Shown: positions 39,450 through 48,588, counted from the stretch's first letter. The stretch is DNA of 64,000 bases from Nitrosopumilus sp. (GCA_036525555.1 DATDAD010000030.1:12212-76211); one strand, 5' to 3'. Made by a program: numbers and translations. Notes: a model not told the origin generated them from the sequence alone.

Positions 39450-39893
39450 CTAGCGAACCTGTTTGATGGTGGCATTTTTTTTAACGACACCAACACAGTT
39501 CACACTTCCACAATTACAAGGAAATACCTGATAAGGGTTCATGAAAGGCAAATAATTCCAAGTTATTTCTTCGTCTTTTTCAATATCTCTCATTGCAACG
39601 ATCATAGTAGGATCATCATCAGGAAAATCTGCTGTGTTTGGCTCACAACTGTGATTCATGAATCTAGTGTCATCAATATCCATTTGGAAATAATCATCAA
39701 TTTGATAACAGTGATCAACCCAAGTTTGTTTATCTTCAGCAGATAATTTTTCAAAATCAGTCAAAGAAATTGTTTTGAAATGATTTTCAGTAGGAGCCCA
39801 AATTAACTCATCTTTTAAAATCAACTCCTTTGCAAATAACCCATAGCGATTAATTTTTGAGGAATCTCGTTTATCGATTTTTGGATTTAACAT
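39450..39893 (-). CDS. SET-domain protein-lysine methyltransferase with post-SET
   Basis: YGLFA, RFMNHSCEPN, EEITWNY, CNCGSVNC. Confidence 0.93.
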   Translation of the reverse strand: MLNPKIDKRDSSKINRYGLFAKELILKDELIWAPTENHFKTISLTDFEKLSAEDKQTWVDHCYQIDDYFQMDIDDTRFMNHSCEPNTADFPDDDPTMIVAMRDIEKDEEITWNYLPFMNPYQVFPCNCGSVNCVGVVKKNATIKQVR

Positions 39894-39946
39894 TTAGAGT
39901 AAGATTATTTGCATATAATATTAGATTACCTTTTTCAAATTATTTA

Positions 39947-40792
39947 TCACAGGGCTTTTTTGTGCTTGTATAGAGCATACAAAATAAGTAGGTATGCAGA
40001 ATACCAGCATAGATTCACAGGATCTGATAACAAATATCCTGTTGTAACTTCGCTGTAATAATACCAGGTATCACCAAAAAGATTCAATATAATTCCAATC
40101 ACCAGGATCAGCCAAGCAGTTCCAATTAGACCCCCTCTGAAAATTTTTGCAGTGTGAATAGAAAGACCCAAAGTAACAGAAGCAGCAGAAATGAAGATTA
40201 TGCCATAGTAAAAATCAAAACTCCCATAATCCTCAATAATTTCAAAAATATCATAACTAGCCAATCCAGTATCAATCGCATATGGAGAAATGATCAAATA
40301 GACATATGTGGCTGTGACTATTATTGGCATTCCAGTAATCAGAGCAATGCCACTCTTTGAAATTTTAGGGGCAAAGAATTTGAGATTAATTATCAGATAG
40401 ATTACAATCAACGGATAAAATACAAAAAAGAAAATATCTGCAATTGAAGGATATGGGTCCAAATCTAAAAATTGCTCATAGATAAAATATGTCAATTCTG
40501 CAAAAAACATGAGCATGAAAGCAACACCGAGAACAACATATGCTTTTGAATAAACCAAAGCACCAGAATATCTTCTAGAAGTCAAAAAGGCAAAAGCAGA
40601 CACAGATAGCGGGATAATCATGGAAAAACCATAGATCAATACATCTGAAGTTGATGCATAGACATCTACTTCTGCAAGATAGTTCACAAGAAAATGAAAT
40701 CCAACTACAATTCCAACAATAATTGCAATGATCTTAAAGTTGATTGGACTACCTAGTTTTTCAGGTACAACTTCAACATCCTGATCTTTCAT
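39947..40792 (-). CDS. Multi-pass membrane protein (sensor-domain-like)
   Basis: About 7-8 TM segments; DPYPSIADIFF; WYSAYLL. Confidence 0.75.
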   Translation of the reverse strand: MKDQDVEVVPEKLGSPINFKIIAIIVGIVVGFHFLVNYLAEVDVYASTSDVLIYGFSMIIPLSVSAFAFLTSRRYSGALVYSKAYVVLGVAFMLMFFAELTYFIYEQFLDLDPYPSIADIFFFVFYPLIVIYLIINLKFFAPKISKSGIALITGMPIIVTATYVYLIISPYAIDTGLASYDIFEIIEDYGSFDFYYGIIFISAASVTLGLSIHTAKIFRGGLIGTAWLILVIGIILNLFGDTWYYYSEVTTGYLLSDPVNLCWYSAYLLILYALYKHKKAL

Positions 40793-40882
40793 AATTTTAT
40801 TTCAAATTAGAGGGATAAACCTATAGCTTGTCAGAAAAAAACACACAGAAAATTAATTTTTTAAACAAAAAATATTTTCAAA

Positions 40883-41503
40883 CTAGGAACTGATTTGAAC
40901 GGTCTGTAAAATAGAACTTTCAGACAGCAATGAATTTTTTAGCTGGACCTTTACTTCAACATCATTTTTTATAATATCGACCTTAACATTTTCAAAAATA
41001 GTCTCATATTTTTTTACTTTTTTACCATCATGAGATAATTCAAATCCATTAGATACCAACAAGCCATTGTTAATAAGATAATTAATTTTTCTGTACCCAG
41101 ATGTTTGTGGAATTCTACATGAGTCTAAAATTTTTGCAATTATTAAAGACTCAGACATAACAGACCCAAGAATTGCTTTTTTATCTTGATCAGCAAAAGA
41201 TTCTAAAAATATTCTAGCCAGCTCAGGATCTTTCATTTGAATCCAATTGGAATCGGTTTGTCTTGATTTTTCAATGCCAACAATTTTTTGCAAGAATTTT
41301 TGTTCTAATCCATCAGCACCTGCACCAAAAAATTCTCTTAGAACACTATCAAATTTATGGAAATTTTTGATTGCCTGAACTAATCCAAGACCATGTCTTT
41401 CCATTAGTCTTTCTTCAATTTTATTCAAAGTATCTTTACCAAGATTTTCCTCAATTGATTTCCTTAAAGAAGGAACTAAGAGAGTATCCAATCCATTTTC
41501 CAT
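40883..41503 (-). CDS. wHTH regulator with helical N-terminal domain (paralog of 47386..47997)
   Basis: IPQTSGYRKINYLINNGLL. Confidence 0.8.
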   Translation of the reverse strand: MENGLDTLLVPSLRKSIEENLGKDTLNKIEERLMERHGLGLVQAIKNFHKFDSVLREFFGAGADGLEQKFLQKIVGIEKSRQTDSNWIQMKDPELARIFLESFADQDKKAILGSVMSESLIIAKILDSCRIPQTSGYRKINYLINNGLLVSNGFELSHDGKKVKKYETIFENVKVDIIKNDVEVKVQLKNSLLSESSILQTVQISS

Positions 41504-41757
41504 AATTGGATATGTAAAGACATCATAATAAACAATGTGACATTATTTTTTATGACAAACAGTTTACTTGACACAAAGAGATCGATCAGGATTCCAAAAA
41601 CGACAATAAATTGATCGGCAAATATTACAAATTCATGCAATGTAATTATTTGTACAATGTTGTATGTGTGGAAAATAACATACTAATCCATATGACTAAA
41701 AATACTCTAAGAATATTGTAAAATGGACCAATTAGCGACAAAGGGAGATGAGCAACT

Positions 41758-42312
41758 TTGACTTTACAGGAAAAGCAATTATTGAAAAAAACAGACAATG
41801 TTTCAATAAGAATTGATTCTGAATTAAGCCAGAAGCTGCATGAAAAATGTTTAGAGCAAAAAATTAGTCTCAATACTCTCATCAATCATTTGCTAGATAA
41901 GCAGGTGAATTGGAATGAACTAACAACAGAGATGGGATGGGTTCCTATGTTTAGATCAACATTAAGAGAAATCACTGATTCGATACCTAAAGAAAAAATA
42001 GAAAAAATTGCAGAGACGACAGGTACATCAGATCTGAAAAATTCATTAAATTACGTTTATGGATATATCGAACTAGATTCTATCTTAGATTTATTCAAGA
42101 AGAGATGTCAAAGTATGAATGTTCAATACAGAGAAATGGAAGTGAACGGAAAGAACAAAATTATCATTCAACATGATTTAGGAAAAAATTGGCCATATTT
42201 CATTGTGGGTCAAATGAATACAATTCTAAATGAAATAGGACACAGGGTAGTCAATGAAGAATACAATAAACAAGGATTTTCCTTTGAGATCGTCAAAACG
42301 GATGAAATCTAG
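41758..42312 (+). CDS. Ribbon-helix-helix (HicB/Arc-like) protein with C-terminal alpha/beta domain
   Basis: VSIRIDSELSQKLHEKCLEQKISLNTLINHLL. Confidence 0.75.
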   Translation: MTLQEKQLLKKTDNVSIRIDSELSQKLHEKCLEQKISLNTLINHLLDKQVNWNELTTEMGWVPMFRSTLREITDSIPKEKIEKIAETTGTSDLKNSLNYVYGYIELDSILDLFKKRCQSMNVQYREMEVNGKNKIIIQHDLGKNWPYFIVGQMNTILNEIGHRVVNEEYNKQGFSFEIVKTDEI

Positions 42313-42376
42313 TAATATCGGAAATCGTGCCTAAATTTCCAAAAAATTAAAGATACTGCTATTAAGGATAATCTCA

Positions 42377-42392
42377 TTTCCAAAAATGGTAA
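42377..42392. promoter_or_regulatory. Palindromic operator candidate, site 4
   Basis: TTTCCA AAAA TGGTAA, 3 nt before the DMT start. Confidence 0.5.
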
Positions 42393-42395
42393 TGA

Positions 42396-43463
42396 ATGAT
42401 TTCTGAGAGGATTTCCTTAAAAAAATCAAAGTATGGATATTATTTAATTATTCTAGCGGCAGCATTATCTGCACTTATTCATGTAATTTCAAAACCAATG
42501 CTGGAAAATTCAGAAAACATGCTTGAAATCAATCCAATCGTTTTAGCATTTTTGATTTATTTCATTGCAGGTATTTTCTTTACGCCAGTTGCAAAAAAAA
42601 CACATTCAATTTCCAAATTTGGGAAAAAGGATTGGACGTTCATGGGACTAATAGGCATAGCAGAAGTGTCTGCATTAATTACCTACTTTTATGGGCTATC
42701 TACAGCATCTGCAGTAAATGCATCAATTTTCAGCAATAGTGAGATAATTTTTGCACTAGTAATTGCAATGTTAGTGTTTAAAGAAAGATTACGAATCAAA
42801 GAATCAATCCCATTCACAATGATCATCATCGGTATGATGGTTATACCAGTTGGAAATGATCTTCTCCAGAACAATTTCAATTTAGGGCACTTGGTTACAG
42901 GAGATTTGTTAATAATTTTGTCAGGAGTTTTGTATGCTGTGGACATCACACTGTGTAAATATATCGGAGACAGATTTGATACAAAAAGAGTCACACAAGT
43001 ACTATCATTTATTTCTGCAGGAGTTGCAATATCCCTAATTGCAGCATTTCAAATTCCCATGAATGTTGATTTAGCACAATTGCCAGGAATAATCACCTTA
43101 TCAGTATTCGGCACAGGTCTATCCACATTATTTTTCCTAGTGGCGCTAAAAATTATTGGAACTGTCAGAACAGTTTTGCTATATTCCACAACTGCAGTGT
43201 TTGGAGTGATTTTTTCAGGATTGTTCCTATCAGAAACAATTGGCACCACAGATATTTTGTCATTAGCGTTGGTATTCACGGGAATATTTTTGCTTAGAAA
43301 CAAACTAGCTGGAAAAGAAGATGAGGATGAAAATAATGCAATTACGCCAAATTCCACACCCAAAAGAAAATCAGGAAAACACGTTAGACAAATGCAAAAA
43401 ATATCATTTGAAAAGAGAGTTAAAAATGAAATTGCATTGCAAGGCTGGATAAGTGCAGGCTAA
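42396..43463 (+). CDS. EamA/DMT-family transporter
   Basis: Two 5-TM repeats; NASIFSNSEIIF; GDLLIILSG. Confidence 0.9.
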   Translation: MISERISLKKSKYGYYLIILAAALSALIHVISKPMLENSENMLEINPIVLAFLIYFIAGIFFTPVAKKTHSISKFGKKDWTFMGLIGIAEVSALITYFYGLSTASAVNASIFSNSEIIFALVIAMLVFKERLRIKESIPFTMIIIGMMVIPVGNDLLQNNFNLGHLVTGDLLIILSGVLYAVDITLCKYIGDRFDTKRVTQVLSFISAGVAISLIAAFQIPMNVDLAQLPGIITLSVFGTGLSTLFFLVALKIIGTVRTVLLYSTTAVFGVIFSGLFLSETIGTTDILSLALVFTGIFLLRNKLAGKEDEDENNAITPNSTPKRKSGKHVRQMQKISFEKRVKNEIALQGWISAG

Positions 43464-43651
43464 ATTCTTATTTCAAAAATTGAAAATAACTGTGACTGGG
43501 AAAAAAGTAAAATAAAACTTAGATTAATTTTCAGAAAAATTACAAAAAATAGGCACAAAAATAGAGCAAATTTTGGAATGTAGTGATTTGTAGCTAAATG
43601 TATACGATTGAACGATCAGACTTTTAAAAGAAAAATCGATCATTACCATTA

Positions 43652-44500
43652 ATGGAAATTGCTTCAAGGACTATGCAGTTAGGCACATACCCAGTAGATA
43701 AGGACAATTTTGAAGAAATTCGAGATGCACTAGTTTCATTTGGATTAACACCAAACCAAAGCAAGGTATTTTTTTATCTAGGCAAGATAGGTGCAAAAAC
43801 AGCATCAGATATTGCAAAGGCGGTTAACATCCCAAGAAGTGAGACATACCACTTACTAACGGCCTTGCAAAACAAAGGTATCGTAGAAGCATCATTTCAG
43901 CATCCAATTCAATTTACAGCTTTGAGTATCAAAAACGCAGTAAATCTCCTTATTAGTACTGAAACTGAGCGTCTAAACAAACTCAAAAAGGCAGGTCCGG
44001 AATTAGAAGAAATCTGGGAAAAAATTCCAGGAGCCACACTCAATGATGAGGAGGAGGGAGAAGAGAAATTCAAAGTATTGCAGGGAGGCAATCAAGTGAA
44101 TAGTAAAATTTTTGATATGATTCTTAATGCCAAAAAAGAGTGCAGAGTTTTAGGATCAGAAAAAGATTTCATCAAATTTTATCATGCAAACTTTCTAGAT
44201 GCATTAGAAGAACAAAAAATAGATTACAAATTATTGACATCAATTACAAAAAAATCAAAGGGGATTTTTGATGACATAGATAAAACAAAAATTAAAAAAC
44301 TTTGTTCATCAGTAAAAGAAAACTTGTGCTTTTTGATAAAGGATGATGACGAAGTATTATTCTTTATTAAAAATGAGGGAAACAATAAAGAGATGAGAGC
44401 CATATGGACAAACTCTGAAACAATAATCTATTCCAAAGCATTGTTGTTCAATAGCATATGGTCAAAAACAGAATTAGGCGGAGATGTATTCATTGAGTAA
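43652..44500 (+). CDS. TrmB-family regulator
   Basis: FGLTPNQSKVFFYL...IPRSETYHLLTALQNKGIV. Confidence 0.9.
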   Translation: MEIASRTMQLGTYPVDKDNFEEIRDALVSFGLTPNQSKVFFYLGKIGAKTASDIAKAVNIPRSETYHLLTALQNKGIVEASFQHPIQFTALSIKNAVNLLISTETERLNKLKKAGPELEEIWEKIPGATLNDEEEGEEKFKVLQGGNQVNSKIFDMILNAKKECRVLGSEKDFIKFYHANFLDALEEQKIDYKLLTSITKKSKGIFDDIDKTKIKKLCSSVKENLCFLIKDDDEVLFFIKNEGNNKEMRAIWTNSETIIYSKALLFNSIWSKTELGGDVFIE

Positions 44501-44609
44501 ATGTAGTTGCGGATATTCTACAGTATGCAGAGATGAATTTTGTCATCATTTAGCTGAATCTTGGAATGATCTTAGAATTGATCACCATATCAAATTATTA
44601 GATCAGTGA
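44493..44609 (+). CDS. 38-aa Cys/His microprotein (not in ORF track)
   Basis: TTG start overlapping the TrmB stop; MSKCSCGYSTVCRDEFCHHLAESWNDLRIDHHIKLLDQ. Confidence 0.4.
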   Translation: MSKCSCGYSTVCRDEFCHHLAESWNDLRIDHHIKLLDQ

Positions 44610-44999
44610 GTCGTCACTAACTTCAATAGGCTTTCTTCCCATAAAGCCTGAATCTTTTTCATGCCAAAATTTGATTTCAGTTTCACCATATTTCCAGCAC
44701 AGCCAAACTTCTTCTTCAAATCGTTTTGAGGGAAAATCCAATAGTCCCTGCTCAATACTTTTGACAACCACACCAGTATTTTCCAAGATCTCAACAGATT
44801 CATAGAATTTGGTGATTGCAGAATTTAGGCGCTGTTTGATTTTCACATAAGATTCAAAGGAATTTGTAGTCGACATGCTCATTTGCAATTCTTGTTCAAT
44901 TTTCTTAACTTCATTATTTTTTGCTAGAGCATACTCAAATTTTTTTATCACATCAGGTAATGCGTCATTTGCCTCATTTGTGGTAAAAAAAGAGAACAT
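44598..44999 (-). CDS. DUF2203-like protein
   Basis: FTTNEANDALP...GLLDFP...WLCWKYGETEIKFWH...GFMGRKPI. Confidence 0.85.
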   Translation of the reverse strand: MFSFFTTNEANDALPDVIKKFEYALAKNNEVKKIEQELQMSMSTTNSFESYVKIKQRLNSAITKFYESVEILENTGVVVKSIEQGLLDFPSKRFEEEVWLCWKYGETEIKFWHEKDSGFMGRKPIEVSDDSLI

Positions 45000-45185
45000 G
45001 TGTATCCCTTAGAAGCAGAGATTAAAAATCTTAGGTGCAAATGTTGACACGTGTATAAATCACAAAAAATATTTCTCAAAAGGGACCTTAATTAAAAATA
45101 AAATTCTTTCAAGAGGGCTTGTAAAGTTAGTTCAATATCACCAATTTGGGTGCAGATTTATTAAGAAATATTTCAATGAGATAAT

Positions 45186-45464
45186 ATGAGTGATGATCAA
45201 TTAGAAGAAATAATTCTACAGACAATAAATGGTGCAATTGCAACAATTCCGTCATATTTAGAAGAAATTAACCAAAATAAAGAAACACTCAGGGTTGAGG
45301 AACCAAAAGAATTTGTTTATGGGATTGTAATGGGAATGGCGCTTGGCATGAGTGGTGCAATACTTAGTGCACAAAAAGAGATACCTACAGCAGAAGATCA
45401 AATTAAAGTCAGAGATATTGTATACAAACACATTCCAGAAATAAGAGAACGAATTTTCAATTGA
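45186..45464 (+). CDS. Hypothetical protein
   Basis: 92-aa ORF coupled to the next gene (TTGA overlap). Confidence 0.7.
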   Translation: MSDDQLEEIILQTINGAIATIPSYLEEINQNKETLRVEEPKEFVYGIVMGMALGMSGAILSAQKEIPTAEDQIKVRDIVYKHIPEIRERIFN

Positions 45465-45859
45465 TAGAATTCAAACAAAATGAAATTGATTTTCTAAATT
45501 CATTAGAGGAAGCAAGAATTGCAACATCACATAATGATATTCCACATGTTAAGCCAGTTTCATTTGTAAAAATCAACAGCAGCATAATCATTGCGACAGA
45601 TTATGATACACGAACATATGCCAATATTAAATTTAATCCTAATGTGGGAATCGTTATTGATATTTACAAGTCTGGTAGTCATAAAGCAATATGCATCCAA
45701 GGTAAGGCAGAAATCATTGAAAACGGAGAAGAGTTTAAAAAAATCTATCAAATATTCTTCAAAAAATTTCAATGGGTGAGGGATGATCCATGGTATGAAA
45801 ATGATGCCCCTTTTTTGAAGATAATGCCCACCGCAAAAATTAGTTGGGGCCTAGATTAA
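45461..45859 (+). CDS. Pyridoxamine 5'-phosphate oxidase-like (split barrel, FMN/F420-binding) protein
   Basis: ARIAT...PHVKPV...NIKFNPNVGIVID...IQGKAEII. Confidence 0.85.
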   Translation: MIEFKQNEIDFLNSLEEARIATSHNDIPHVKPVSFVKINSSIIIATDYDTRTYANIKFNPNVGIVIDIYKSGSHKAICIQGKAEIIENGEEFKKIYQIFFKKFQWVRDDPWYENDAPFLKIMPTAKISWGLD

Positions 45860-46221
45860 AAGGCTATTTCAGGTTCTACTTGTGAAAGCAATGATTGAAC
45901 AGAGATAGGTTTTCTTAAAACAGAACGGATTCCCAAATTTAATAATTCTTGTTCCTGTATAGAGCTCATCGCGAGTCCACTTACAATTACAACTTTAGAT
46001 AGTTCTGAGGGTTTTCTTGATTTTAAATCTAAAAGAAAATCAACACCGCTATACTTTGGCATACACATGTCAAGCAAAATTAGATCATATTCTTTGTAAA
46101 TTGCTAACTCCAATCCAGCTCGCCCATCCAATATACTATCAAAATCATAATTTTTGCTAGATAAAATATCTGCAAAGATTTTACTTATTTCAGGAGTGTC
46201 CTCCACATGAAGTATTTTCAT
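45856..46221 (-). CDS. Stand-alone response regulator receiver
   Basis: KILHVED, DLILLDMCMPKYSG, VVIVSG, KP. Confidence 0.9.
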   Translation of the reverse strand: MKILHVEDTPEISKIFADILSSKNYDFDSILDGRAGLELAIYKEYDLILLDMCMPKYSGVDFLLDLKSRKPSELSKVVIVSGLAMSSIQEQELLNLGIRSVLRKPISVQSLLSQVEPEIAF

Positions 46222-46373
46222 ATAATATGAAACATTTCTACAATTGATAAAAACAAGTTTGCTCATTTGAACAAACTATGAGATTTAAAATTAAAATCTG
46301 AATTGAATTTCAATAGATCTCATCATTTCAAAACCAGGATTACAAAACAATATCAGTAGAATTTGTCAAAATC

Positions 46374-46577
46374 CTATTCAGAATATTCATTTTTCTGAAT
46401 CATTTTACAATCTTTAATCCAATTTTGGACATCAATGACAATGCTAGATTGTAAGGATTTTGTATGAAACCAGCAAAGTTCATCATTTGAAAGACAATTT
46501 TGGCAACTGGTAATTTCTTCTAATGATCTAGATATTTCGGATTGAGTAAACGGGTTTTTATCAAATTGATATTTCAA
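46374..46577 (-). CDS. Small Cys/His hypothetical protein
   Basis: CQNC...CWFH. Confidence 0.55.
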   Translation of the reverse strand: MKYQFDKNPFTQSEISRSLEEITSCQNCLSNDELCWFHTKSLQSSIVIDVQNWIKDCKMIQKNEYSE

Positions 46578-46646
46578 TGATTATATAGTAACATTCTAAC
46601 ATTTATGAAAATGTAATTTAACATGAAGACATACATTTTTCACAAT

Positions 46647-46662
46647 TTCCCAAAAATGGGAT
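46647..46662. promoter_or_regulatory. Palindromic operator candidate, site 5, in a divergent promoter region
   Basis: TTCCCA AAAA TGGGAT. Confidence 0.55.
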
Positions 46663-46735
46663 TGATTAATAAGATAATCATATAAAGTATGAATTTATGA
46701 GCAAAGTTATGTCAGATAGCAGAGCAGGTAGATAA

Positions 46736-47344
46736 ATGATCAATTGCATAGTCATTGATGATGATCAAGATATCTTAGATTTGATGTGTGAATTTTTAGA
46801 CATTATCAAAGTTGATGTCATAGCAAAGGGGAACGACGGTAAGGATGCAGTTGAATTGTATAAAAAACATACACCAGATATTGTGTTTACAGATATGTCA
46901 ATGCCTAACTATGATGGACTCTATGCCATAGAAAATATAAAAGATGAAAATCAAAATGCAAAAATAATTGCTGTGACAGCGAACCCAGTTGAAAAAAATA
47001 AATATTTTTTTGACTTACTAAGAATACCAATAATACACAAACCATTTAACATGAACATGTTAAAACAAGTTTTAGAGAAAATTTCTTCAACAGATACAGA
47101 ATCCATAATGCCATTTGAAATCAAATACAAATTCAAAGAAGATCATAATTTTTACACATGCGTGGTAAACTATGAGCAATATAGGAATTTTAAAAAATTG
47201 CCAATCATATGTGAATGTGAAATAGTAGAAAACAATCAAAAAAATATTAAATTAAAAAAAGAGGAAATCGAAAAAGCTTTGAATTTGGCTGTAAAAAAAG
47301 ACACCAGCCATATTCGTAAATTATCAAAAATAGTGACGAATTGA
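46736..47344 (+). CDS. Response regulator with small C-terminal output domain
   Basis: IVIDDD, DIVFTDMSMPNYDG, IAVTA, HKP plus about 80 aa extension. Confidence 0.88.
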   Translation: MINCIVIDDDQDILDLMCEFLDIIKVDVIAKGNDGKDAVELYKKHTPDIVFTDMSMPNYDGLYAIENIKDENQNAKIIAVTANPVEKNKYFFDLLRIPIIHKPFNMNMLKQVLEKISSTDTESIMPFEIKYKFKEDHNFYTCVVNYEQYRNFKKLPIICECEIVENNQKNIKLKKEEIEKALNLAVKKDTSHIRKLSKIVTN

Positions 47345-47385
47345 GATAACAGATAAGAATAACAGAGTATCAATAAAAGAGAGTT

Positions 47386-47997
47386 ATGACAGAAATAGAC
47401 CAATTATTTGCATCAGCACTTGAAAAAATAATACAAGAGAATCTTGGGGATGTGACATTTCAAAGCATACAAAATAGATTATTTGAAAAATATGGCATGT
47501 CAATTACAGAGTCAATTAAAGACTTTGAAAAATTAGATTCAGTTTTATCAGAATTTTTTGGTTCTGGCGCAAAAGGTCTGGAAGAGAGATTTTTAGGCAG
47601 TATTTGTAGCATTAAATCAGATAAAGACAAAGTTCAAAAAAGATTCACAATATCAAATTCATCAATTAATCAATCAATCATCAAAGCATTCAGTGATGAC
47701 GAAATGTCAAAAATCCTTAATGCTTCAATTGGAGATCCATGGACCATTTCAGAAATTTTAGAGAAATTAGATATTCCCAAGACATCGGGATATAGAAAAA
47801 TCAATTTGTTGATAAAAGAAGGATTATTGATCAGGATGGGACAGGAGTTAACAGAAAATAGACGAATCATACACAAATACAAATCATTATTTGACAATGT
47901 AAATATCGATTTTAATAACAAAGTCACAGTTAGTGTTCAATTTACACCAGAAGTTGTTTTGAACAGTTCAATTCTCCAGGCAGTATATAATAGATAA
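47386..47997 (+). CDS. wHTH regulator (paralog of 40883..41503)
   Basis: IPKTSGYRKINLLIKEGLL. Confidence 0.8.
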   Translation: MTEIDQLFASALEKIIQENLGDVTFQSIQNRLFEKYGMSITESIKDFEKLDSVLSEFFGSGAKGLEERFLGSICSIKSDKDKVQKRFTISNSSINQSIIKAFSDDEMSKILNASIGDPWTISEILEKLDIPKTSGYRKINLLIKEGLLIRMGQELTENRRIIHKYKSLFDNVNIDFNNKVTVSVQFTPEVVLNSSILQAVYNR

Positions 47998-48017
47998 ATT
48001 TTCAAAATAAAACTAAA

Positions 48018-48161
48018 TTATTTTAAACCTTTTTCGAGGACCTCATTTATGATTCTTGAAAAACTGACAGTGGATGAGGATTCTTTAATTTTTTTTGCCT
48101 GTAATGCTCGCAATTTTTTTGCAATATCGGTATTTAGCATGATTGTCAGTCTTTCTGCCAT
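48018..48161 (-). CDS. 47-aa ribbon-helix-helix-like microprotein (not in ORF track)
   Basis: MAERLTIMLNTDIAKKLRALQAKKIKESSSTVSFSRIINEVLEKGLK. Confidence 0.75.
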   Translation of the reverse strand: MAERLTIMLNTDIAKKLRALQAKKIKESSSTVSFSRIINEVLEKGLK

Positions 48162-48368
48162 AATATTTGATAAATGTAGTTTTAGTTATTTACATACAGA
48201 TCCAGATCATTTACAAAAATGCCAATTTGTGTTGAATATTCCCATTTGTGGAAACATTGTAAAAACATTCAATCTGATTTTTTTGTGAGTACAGAAGATC
48301 TTAATTTGATTACACTCTCTAGAGGGTTTTAAACCAGGCAATGTTTTTTATTCTGTTTACCCAGTAAT

Positions 48369-48467
48369 TTATTTTTCAGATTTATGAATTGTTCTGATAT
48401 GCCTGCGCAGGTGACCTTCTCCTGCAAGATGCTGTTTACAGTATTGGCATAAAATTCTTTCACTCAT
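48369..48467 (-). CDS. 32-aa stand-alone C2H2 zinc finger (not in ORF track)
   Basis: MSERILCQYCKQHLAGEGHLRRHIRTIHKSEK matches C-x2-C-x12-H-x4-H. Confidence 0.65.
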   Translation of the reverse strand: MSERILCQYCKQHLAGEGHLRRHIRTIHKSEK

Positions 48468-48546
48468 TTCTTAAACTCATACTTTATGTTAAAATCATAT
48501 ATTAGAACATACGTAAATCATGAACAAGACATACAATAAAATGAAT

Positions 48547-48562
48547 TTCCCATTTTTGGAAA
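48547..48562. promoter_or_regulatory. Palindromic operator candidate, site 6
   Basis: TTCCCA TTTT TGGAAA. Confidence 0.5.
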
Positions 48563-48588
48563 ATCAATCTTAAGAAACTTTGATAATT

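Noticed and set aside
45139-45152. CACCAATTTGGGTG as another operator copy
   Set aside because: 3-nt spacer and different flanks.
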